In this document: positions 56,074 to 64,000 of the stretch, one piece after another
Numbering within the stretch: the stretch's first letter is position 1
How the letters are laid out: each line of letters begins with the position of its first letter
DNA from: Escherichia coli
Lineage (GTDB): Bacteria > Pseudomonadota > Gammaproteobacteria > Enterobacterales > Enterobacteriaceae
Direction: 5' to 3' (one strand)
DNA length: 64,000 nt
Assembly: GCF_044647545.1 (NCBI RefSeq)
Contig: NZ_CP172818.1
Notes under the pieces: generated by a model
The model's database searches: none
Told to the model about the DNA's origin: nothing
Seen by the model: the letters and a program-made list of their open reading frames with translations, nothing else
Program-made: the position numbers and the translations under genes

Positions 56074-57123
56074 GTGGAATTGTTGTCTGAATATGGTTTG
56101 TTTTTGGCGAAAATCGTTACCGTTGTGCTAGCGATTGCGGCGATTGCCGCCATTATTGTCAATGTTGCTCAACGTAATAAACGCCAGCGTGGCGAGTTAC
56201 GGGTCAACAATCTCAGCGAACAGTATAAGGAGATGAAAGAAGAACTGGCCGCGGCGCTGATGGACACTCATCAGCAAAAACAGTGGCACAAAGCGCAGAA
56301 GAAAAAGCACAAGCAAGAAGCGAAAGCAGCAAAAGCGAAAGCTAAACTGGGCGAGGTGGCAACTGACAGTAAACCTCGCGTCTGGGTGCTGGATTTTAAA
56401 GGCAGCATGGACGCCCATGAAGTGAACTCGCTACGTGAAGAGATAACGGCGGTACTCGCAGCATTCAAACCGCAGGATCAGGTTGTGCTCCGTCTGGAAA
56501 GCCCTGGTGGCATGGTGCATGGTTACGGGTTGGCGGCTTCGCAGCTGCAGCGTCTGCGTGATAAAAACATTCCTTTAACTGTTACGGTAGACAAAGTCGC
56601 TGCCAGCGGCGGTTACATGATGGCCTGTGTGGCGGACAAAATTGTTTCCGCACCGTTTGCTATTGTGGGTTCCATTGGCGTGGTGGCACAAATGCCCAAC
56701 TTTAACCGCTTCCTGAAAAGCAAAGATATTGATATCGAACTGCACACCGCCGGGCAGTATAAGCGCACGCTGACCTTGCTGGGTGAAAACACCGAAGAAG
56801 GGCGGGAGAAATTCCGCGAAGAGCTGAACGAAACGCATCAGTTATTTAAAGATTTTGTGAAGCGTATGCGTCCGTCTCTGGATATTGAACAGGTGGCAAC
56901 GGGTGAACACTGGTACGGACAACAGGCGGTAGAGAAAGGCCTGGTTGATGAAATCAACACCAGTGATGAAGTTATTCTTAGCCTGATGGAAGGCCGTGAA
57001 GTGGTCAATGTACGCTATATGCAGCGTAAACGACTCATTGACCGATTCACCGGCAGCGCGGCAGAGAGCGCCGATCGATTGTTGCTACGCTGGTGGCAGC
57101 GGGGTCAAAAGCCATTGATGTAA
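56074..57123 (+). CDS. sohB: Inner-membrane peptidase SohB (S49 family, 349 aa)
   Basis: 349-aa ORF MELLSEYGLFLAKIVTVVLAIAAIAAIIVNVAQRNKRQRGEL... with a Lys-rich linker. Confidence 0.95.
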   Translation: MELLSEYGLFLAKIVTVVLAIAAIAAIIVNVAQRNKRQRGELRVNNLSEQYKEMKEELAAALMDTHQQKQWHKAQKKKHKQEAKAAKAKAKLGEVATDSKPRVWVLDFKGSMDAHEVNSLREEITAVLAAFKPQDQVVLRLESPGGMVHGYGLAASQLQRLRDKNIPLTVTVDKVAASGGYMMACVADKIVSAPFAIVGSIGVVAQMPNFNRFLKSKDIDIELHTAGQYKRTLTLLGENTEEGREKFREELNETHQLFKDFVKRMRPSLDIEQVATGEHWYGQQAVEKGLVDEINTSDEVILSLMEGREVVNVRYMQRKRLIDRFTGSAAESADRLLLRWWQRGQKPLM

Positions 57124-57128
57124 AAGAC

Positions 57129-57156
57129 AAACGCGAGGGTAAGACCTCGCGTTTTG
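57129..57156 (+). terminator. Rho-independent terminator after sohB
   Basis: aaacgcgagg-gtaag-acctcgcgtttt hairpin with T run, 6 bp after the sohB stop. Confidence 0.75.
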
Positions 57157-57158
57157 CT

Positions 57159-57410
57159 TTAATCAACCAGGTGATATTTTTCTGAAAGCACATGGGCCAG
57201 GTGTTTGAACATATTAAACACCGCGGTGCTTTTGGCTGTTGGCAATCCTTGTTCATCTAAAAAGTAGTCGCCGGTAAATACCAGCACGCCATTACGCTGC
57301 GTGACGCCGGTGGCTTCAATCCCTGCGAGCGTATCCTCATGCTCACGAATGATTTTGTTGGCCTCTTTCAACAGCGTCTCGCGGTCGATGGGTTGTGTCT
57401 CTTTGTTCAT
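57159..57410 (-). CDS. yciN: Small protein YciN (83 aa)
   Basis: 83-aa [86 protein letters not shown]. Confidence 0.9.
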
Positions 57411-57789
57411 TATTTACTCCTTAAACAAGGACATTAGTCTACGCCAGGCATGGCTTGCAGACAAATATACCACGCTGGTGGCAAGAGCGCCTTACTGGCA
57501 ACTTTGGATTTTGCATGCTAATAAAGTTGCGTATCGGATTTTATCAGGTACAGTGTGACGCTTTCGTCAATCTGGCAATAGATTTGCTTGACATTCGACC
57601 AAAATTCCGTCGTGCTATAGCGCCTGTAGGCCAAGACCTGTTAACTCAGTCACCTGAATTTTCGTGAACAGAGTCACGACAAGGGGTTGATATCCGCAGA
57701 GAGCGAGTCCATATCGGTAACTCGTTGCCAGTGGAAGGTTTATCAACGTGCGACGCATTCCTGGAAGAATCAAATTAGGTAAGGTGAAT

Positions 57790-60387
57790 ATGGGTAAAGC
57801 TCTTGTCATCGTTGAGTCCCCGGCAAAAGCCAAAACGATCAACAAGTATCTGGGTAGTGACTACGTGGTGAAATCCAGCGTCGGTCACATCCGCGATTTG
57901 CCGACCAGTGGCTCAGCTGCCAAAAAGAGTGCCGACTCTACCTCCACCAAGACGGCTAAAAAGCCTAAAAAGGATGAACGTGGCGCTCTCGTCAACCGTA
58001 TGGGGGTTGACCCGTGGCACAATTGGGAGGCGCACTATGAAGTGTTGCCTGGTAAAGAGAAGGTCGTCTCTGAACTGAAACAACTGGCTGAAAAAGCCGA
58101 CCACATCTATCTCGCAACCGACCTTGACCGCGAAGGGGAAGCCATTGCATGGCACCTGCGGGAAGTGATTGGTGGTGATGATGCGCGCTATAGCCGAGTG
58201 GTGTTTAACGAAATTACTAAAAACGCGATCCGCCAGGCATTTAACAAACCGGGTGAGCTGAATATTGATCGTGTTAATGCCCAGCAGGCGCGTCGCTTTA
58301 TGGACCGCGTGGTAGGGTATATGGTTTCGCCGCTGCTGTGGAAAAAGATCGCTCGTGGTCTGTCTGCCGGTCGTGTGCAGTCGGTGGCGGTTCGCCTGGT
58401 GGTCGAGCGTGAGCGTGAAATTAAAGCGTTCGTGCCGGAAGAGTTCTGGGAAGTCGATGCCAGCACGACCACGCCATCTGGTGAAGCGTTGGCGTTACAG
58501 GTGACTCATCAGAACGACAAACCGTTCCGTCCGGTCAACAAAGAACAAACTCAGGCTGCGGTAAGTCTGCTGGAAAAAGCGCGCTACAGCGTGCTGGAAC
58601 GTGAAGACAAACCGACAACCAGTAAACCTGGCGCTCCTTTTATTACCTCTACGCTGCAACAAGCTGCCAGCACCCGTCTTGGATTTGGCGTGAAAAAAAC
58701 CATGATGATGGCGCAGCGTTTGTATGAAGCAGGCTATATCACTTACATGCGTACCGACTCCACTAACCTGAGTCAGGACGCGGTAAATATGGTTCGCGGT
58801 TATATCAGCGATAATTTTGGTAAGAAATATCTGCCGGAAAGTCCGAATCAGTACGCCAGCAAAGAAAACTCACAGGAAGCGCACGAAGCGATTCGTCCTT
58901 CTGACGTCAATGTGATGGCGGAATCGCTGAAGGATATGGAAGCAGATGCGCAAAAACTGTACCAGTTAATCTGGCGTCAGTTCGTTGCCTGCCAGATGAC
59001 CCCAGCGAAATATGACTCCACGACGCTGACCGTTGGTGCGGGCGATTTCCGCCTGAAAGCACGCGGTCGTATTTTGCGCTTTGATGGCTGGACAAAAGTG
59101 ATGCCTGCACTGCGTAAAGGCGATGAAGATCGTATCTTACCGGCAGTCGATAAAGGCGATGCTCTGACGCTCGTTGAACTGACACCAGCCCAGCACTTTA
59201 CCAAGCCTCCAGCCCGTTTCAGTGAAGCATCGCTGGTCAAAGAGCTGGAAAAACGCGGTATCGGTCGTCCTTCTACCTATGCGTCGATCATTTCGACCAT
59301 TCAGGATCGTGGCTATGTGCGAGTAGAAAATCGTCGTTTCTATGCGGAAAAAATGGGCGAAATCGTCACCGATCGCCTGGAAGAGAATTTCCGCGAGTTA
59401 ATGAACTACGACTTTACTGCGCAGATGGAAAACAGCCTCGACCAGGTGGCCAATCACGAAGCAGAGTGGAAAGCTGTACTGGATCACTTCTTCTCGGATT
59501 TCACTCAGCAGTTAGATAAAGCTGAAAAAGATCCGGAAGAGGGTGGTATGCGCCCGAACCAGATGGTTCTGACCAGCATTGACTGCCCGACTTGTGGTCG
59601 CAAAATGGGGATTCGCACAGCGAGCACCGGGGTATTCCTTGGCTGTTCTGGTTATGCGCTGCCGCCGAAAGAGCGTTGCAAAACCACCATTAACCTGGTG
59701 CCGGAAAACGAAGTGCTGAACGTGCTGGAAGGCGAAGACGCTGAAACCAACGCGCTGCGCGCAAAACGTCGTTGCCCGAAATGCGGCACGGCGATGGACA
59801 GCTATCTCATCGATCCGAAACGTAAGTTGCATGTCTGTGGTAATAACCCAACCTGCGACGGTTACGAGATCGAAGAGGGCGAATTCCGCATTAAAGGTTA
59901 TGACGGCCCGATCGTTGAGTGTGAAAAATGTGGCTCTGAAATGCACCTGAAAATGGGCCGTTTCGGTAAATACATGGCCTGCACCAACGAAGAGTGTAAA
60001 AACACACGTAAGATTTTACGTAACGGCGAAGTGGCACCACCGAAAGAAGATCCGGTGCCATTACCTGAGCTGCCGTGCGAAAAATCAGATGCTTATTTCG
60101 TGCTGCGTGACGGTGCTGCCGGTGTGTTCCTGGCGGCCAATACCTTCCCGAAATCGCGTGAAACACGTGCGCCACTGGTGGAAGAGCTTTATCGCTTCCG
60201 CGACCGTCTGCCGGAAAAACTGCGTTATCTGGCCGATGCGCCACAGCAGGATCCGGAAGGTAATAAGACCATGGTTCGCTTTAGCCGTAAAACCAAACAG
60301 CAATATGTCTCTTCGGAAAAAGACGGAAAGGCGACTGGCTGGTCAGCATTTTATGTTGATGGCAAATGGGTTGAAGGGAAAAAATAA
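57790..60387 (+). CDS. topA: DNA topoisomerase I TopA (865 aa)
   Basis: ORF 57748-60387; product [38 protein letters not shown]... from the ATG at 57790; C-terminal zinc ribbons ([16 protein letters not shown]). Confidence 0.97.
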   Translation: MGKALVIVESPAKAKTINKYLGSDYVVKSSVGHIRDLPTSGSAAKKSADSTSTKTAKKPKKDERGALVNRMGVDPWHNWEAHYEVLPGKEKVVSELKQLAEKADHIYLATDLDREGEAIAWHLREVIGGDDARYSRVVFNEITKNAIRQAFNKPGELNIDRVNAQQARRFMDRVVGYMVSPLLWKKIARGLSAGRVQSVAVRLVVEREREIKAFVPEEFWEVDASTTTPSGEALALQVTHQNDKPFRPVNKEQTQAAVSLLEKARYSVLEREDKPTTSKPGAPFITSTLQQAASTRLGFGVKKTMMMAQRLYEAGYITYMRTDSTNLSQDAVNMVRGYISDNFGKKYLPESPNQYASKENSQEAHEAIRPSDVNVMAESLKDMEADAQKLYQLIWRQFVACQMTPAKYDSTTLTVGAGDFRLKARGRILRFDGWTKVMPALRKGDEDRILPAVDKGDALTLVELTPAQHFTKPPARFSEASLVKELEKRGIGRPSTYASIISTIQDRGYVRVENRRFYAEKMGEIVTDRLEENFRELMNYDFTAQMENSLDQVANHEAEWKAVLDHFFSDFTQQLDKAEKDPEEGGMRPNQMVLTSIDCPTCGRKMGIRTASTGVFLGCSGYALPPKERCKTTINLVPENEVLNVLEGEDAETNALRAKRRCPKCGTAMDSYLIDPKRKLHVCGNNPTCDGYEIEEGEFRIKGYDGPIVECEKCGSEMHLKMGRFGKYMACTNEECKNTRKILRNGEVAPPKEDPVPLPELPCEKSDAYFVLRDGAAGVFLAANTFPKSRETRAPLVEELYRFRDRLPEKLRYLADAPQQDPEGNKTMVRFSRKTKQQYVSSEKDGKATGWSAFYVDGKWVEGKK

Positions 60388-60418
60388 CCTTTAATTTTGT
60401 CAGGTTTTTATAAACAAA

Positions 60419-60443
60419 GGGTCGCGAAAGCGGCCCTTTTTTA
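60419..60443 (+). terminator. Rho-independent terminator after topA
   Basis: gggtcgcgaaagcggccc hairpin followed by a T6 run. Confidence 0.7.
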
Positions 60444-60572
60444 TTGCATATTATTTTTTCTTCACACCTATACACTAAGGCTATAAATGATATAGTGGTT
60501 ATAGTTAGCCCCTTTTTTATTATTAAATCGTATTAGTCACCCGCCTGGCGTGACGAAAAAACGATGTTCTGA

Positions 60573-61571
<999 letters not shown>

Positions 61572-61889
61572 TTTCTTGCGTTATTTTCGGCACCTTTTAT
61601 GTAGCGAAGGTGCCGGAATATGTTCTCTTTTGTTACTTATTTCTATACCGTGCACAATATTTTTACCCCTCATATTTATAGGGTAAATTACCTGTAAAGT
61701 AGTGTCTAATTACCCGCCTAGCAAATTCCCGTTTTCAAATATCTATTTCAGGTCAAAAGATTGAATTATTCACTGGCGACGATTCGTAAATTCGCTGGAT
61801 TTTTGACTAAAGTTTCTTTAGGATTTGTCTCATCGTATGATTAATTACACCAATCGTTCAACGTCTTGCTGATAAGTGATGGCGATTAT

Positions 61890-62030
61890 ATGAGGTTAGC
61901 AATGCCTTCTGGAAATCAGGAACCCCGCCGCGATCCTGAATTAAAACGTAAAGCCTGGCTGGCGGTTTTTCTTGGTTCTGCACTTTTCTGGGTGGTTATC
62001 GCACTGCTGATTTGGAAAGTGTGGGGATAA
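61890..62030 (+). CDS. ymiA: Small membrane protein YmiA (46 aa from ATG 61890; alternative in-frame ATG at 61902 gives 42 aa)
   Basis: Manual translation: M(RLAM)PSGNQEPRRDPELKRKAWLAVFLGSALFWVVIALLIWKVWG*; single hydrophobic helix; stop overlaps the yciX start (TAACTATG). Confidence 0.55.
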   Translation: MRLAMPSGNQEPRRDPELKRKAWLAVFLGSALFWVVIALLIWKVWG

Positions 62031-62032
62031 CT

Positions 62033-62200
62033 ATGGTCGGTCAGGAGCAACTGGAGTCGTCACCATTATGTCAGCATAGTGATAATGAACCAGAAACGAA
62101 ACGGGAATGTTCCGTCGTTATTCCAGACGACTGGCAACTAACATCGCAGCAGCAAGCCTTTATAGAACTGTTTGCTGAAGATGATCAGCCGAAACAATAA
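62033..62200 (+). CDS. yciX: Small acidic protein YciX (55 aa)
   Basis: ORF 62012-62200; MVGQEQLESSPLCQHSDNEPETKRECSVVIPDDWQLTSQQQAFIELFAEDDQPKQ from the internal ATG at 62033. Confidence 0.6.
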   Translation: MVGQEQLESSPLCQHSDNEPETKRECSVVIPDDWQLTSQQQAFIELFAEDDQPKQ

Positions 62201-62313
62201 TTATCATCATTCTTATTACCCATTTTTAATGAATTACAGGGCTTTTAATACACCGCAGCAATAACAGGTTGAGTTATCTCAACACAAAGTAATAACCGTT
62301 AAGGGTGTAGCCT

Positions 62314-62409
62314 ATGATCAACACAAATATGAAATATTGGTCCTGGATGGGCGCGTTTTCTCTGTCGATGCTCTTCTGGGCTGAACTCCTCTGGATCATT
62401 ACTCACTAA
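62314..62409 (+). CDS. Candidate 31-aa small membrane protein upstream of acnA
   Basis: ATG at 62314 preceded by aagggtgtag (weak RBS); encodes MINTNMKYWSWMGAFSLSMLFWAELLWIITH*; followed by a hairpin terminator. May correspond to a described K-12 small protein, but I cannot confirm the name. Confidence 0.4.
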   Translation: MINTNMKYWSWMGAFSLSMLFWAELLWIITH

Positions 62410-62415
62410 TCCCTG

Positions 62416-62437
62416 ACCCCGCTGCGGCGGGGGTTTT
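62416..62437 (+). terminator. Rho-independent terminator after the 31-codon ORF
   Basis: gaccccgc-tgcg-gcggggg followed by ttttcatttg. Confidence 0.65.
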
Positions 62438-62573
62438 CATTTGCTTTGCCACAAGGTTTCTCCTCTTTTATCAATTTGGGTTGTTATCAAATCGTTACGC
62501 GATGTTTGTGTTATCTTTAATATTCACCCTGAAGAGAATCAGGGCGTCGCAACCCTGTCATTAAGGAGGAGCT

Positions 62574-64000
62574 ATGTCGTCAACCCTACGAGAAGCCAGT
62601 AAGGACACGTTACAGGCCAAAGATAAAACTTACCACTACTACAGCCTGCCGCTTGCTGCCAAATCACTGGGCGATATCACCCGTCTGCCCAAGTCACTCA
62701 AAGTTTTGCTCGAAAACCTGCTGCGCTGGCAGGATGGTAACTCGGTTACCGAAGAGGATATCTACGCGCTGGCGGGATGGCTGAAAAATGCCCATGCTGA
62801 CCGTGAAATTGCCTACCGCCCGGCAAGGGTGCTGATGCAGGACTTTACCGGCGTACCTGCCGTTGTTGATCTGGCGGCAATGCGCGAAGCGGTTAAACGC
62901 CTCGGCGGCGATACTGCAAAGGTTAACCCGCTCTCACCGGTCGACCTGGTCATTGACCACTCGGTGACCGTCGATCGTTTTGGTGATGATGAGGCATTTG
63001 AAGAAAACGTGCGCCTGGAAATGGAGCGCAACCACGAACGTTATGTGTTCCTGAAATGGGGAAAGCAGGCGTTCAGTCGTTTTAGCGTCGTGCCGCCAGG
63101 CACAGGCATTTGCCATCAGGTTAACCTCGAATATCTCGGCAAAGCAGTGTGGAGCGAATTGCAGGACGGTGAATGGATTGCTTATCCGGATACACTCGTT
63201 GGTACTGACTCGCACACCACCATGATCAACGGCCTTGGCGTGCTGGGGTGGGGCGTTGGTGGGATCGAAGCCGAAGCCGCAATGTTAGGCCAGCCGGTTT
63301 CCATGCTTATCCCGGACGTAGTAGGCTTTAAACTTACCGGAAAATTACGTGAAGGTATTACCGCCACAGACCTGGTTCTCACCGTTACCCAAATGCTGCG
63401 CAAACATGGCGTGGTGGGGAAATTCGTCGAATTTTATGGTGATGGGCTGGATTCACTACCGCTGGCGGATCGCGCCACCATTGCCAATATGTCGCCAGAA
63501 TATGGTGCGACCTGTGGCTTCTTCCCAATCGATGCTGTCACCCTCGATTACATGCGTTTAAGCGGGCGCAGCGAAGATCAGGTCGAGTTGGTCGAAAAAT
63601 ATGCCAAAGCGCAGGGCATGTGGCGTAACCCGGGCGATGAACCGATTTTTACCAGTACGTTAGAACTGGATATGAATGACGTTGAAGCGAGCCTGGCAGG
63701 GCCAAAACGCCCACAGGATCGCGTTGCACTGCCCGATGTACCAAAAGCATTTGCCGCCAGTAACGAACTGGAAGTAAATGCCACGCATAAAGATCGCCAG
63801 CCGGTCGATTATGTTATGAACGGACATCAGTATCAGTTACCTGATGGCGCGGTGGTCATTGCTGCGATAACCTCGTGCACCAACACCTCTAACCCAAGTG
63901 TGCTGATGGCCGCAGGTTTGCTGGCGAAAAAAGCTGTAACACTGGGCCTCAAGCGGCAACCGTGGGTCAAAGCGTCGCTGGCACCGGGTTCGAAAGTCGT
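62574..64000 (+). CDS. acnA: Aconitate hydratase A, N-terminal 475 codons (gene runs off the window end)
   Basis: ATG at 62574 after a strong RBS (aaggagga); reads [55 protein letters not shown]..., the aconitase A N-terminus; no stop before the window end. Confidence 0.9.
   Translation, partial: MSSTLREASKDTLQAKDKTYHYYSLPLAAKSLGDITRLPKSLKVLLENLLRWQDGNSVTEEDIYALAGWLKNAHADREIAYRPARVLMQDFTGVPAVVDLAAMREAVKRLGGDTAKVNPLSPVDLVIDHSVTVDRFGDDEAFEENVRLEMERNHERYVFLKWGKQAFSRFSVVPPGTGICHQVNLEYLGKAVWSELQDGEWIAYPDTLVGTDSHTTMINGLGVLGWGVGGIEAEAAMLGQPVSMLIPDVVGFKLTGKLREGITATDLVLTVTQMLRKHGVVGKFVEFYGDGLDSLPLADRATIANMSPEYGATCGFFPIDAVTLDYMRLSGRSEDQVELVEKYAKAQGMWRNPGDEPIFTSTLELDMNDVEASLAGPKRPQDRVALPDVPKAFAASNELEVNATHKDRQPVDYVMNGHQYQLPDGAVVIAAITSCTNTSNPSVLMAAGLLAKKAVTLGLKRQPWVKASLAPGSKV

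Overview
This window reads as core Escherichia coli K-12-type chromosome, from the 5' end of chaA to the 5' part of acnA, and I find no novel biological system in it. It contains, in order: chaB, chaC, ychN, ychO, narL, narX, narK, narGHJI, the tandem tRNA-Tyr genes tyrV and tyrT, purU, ychJ, rssA, rssB, galU, hns, tdk, an IS4-family transposase remnant, adhE, ychE, oppABCDF, yciU, cls, yciY, kch, yciI, tonB, yciA, yciB, yciC, ompW, yciE, yciF, yciG, the complete trp operon (trpLEDCBA with promoter, operator, attenuator and terminator), trpH, yciO, yciQ, rluB, btuR, yciK, sohB, yciN, topA, cysB, three tiny ORFs and acnA. Gene calls rest on my reading of the supplied six-frame translations against recalled protein sequences and lengths; no database search was run. 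Almost every protein matches its expected length. Two things do not fit. First, a 413-bp almost pure poly(dA) tract sits directly after the rluB stop codon (54054-54466); it looks like an artefact or artificial insertion rather than biology. Second, yciE carries both a premature TAA and a 1-bp frameshift, while its operon partners yciF and yciG are intact. There are no CRISPR arrays, defence islands, prophage or integron structures.
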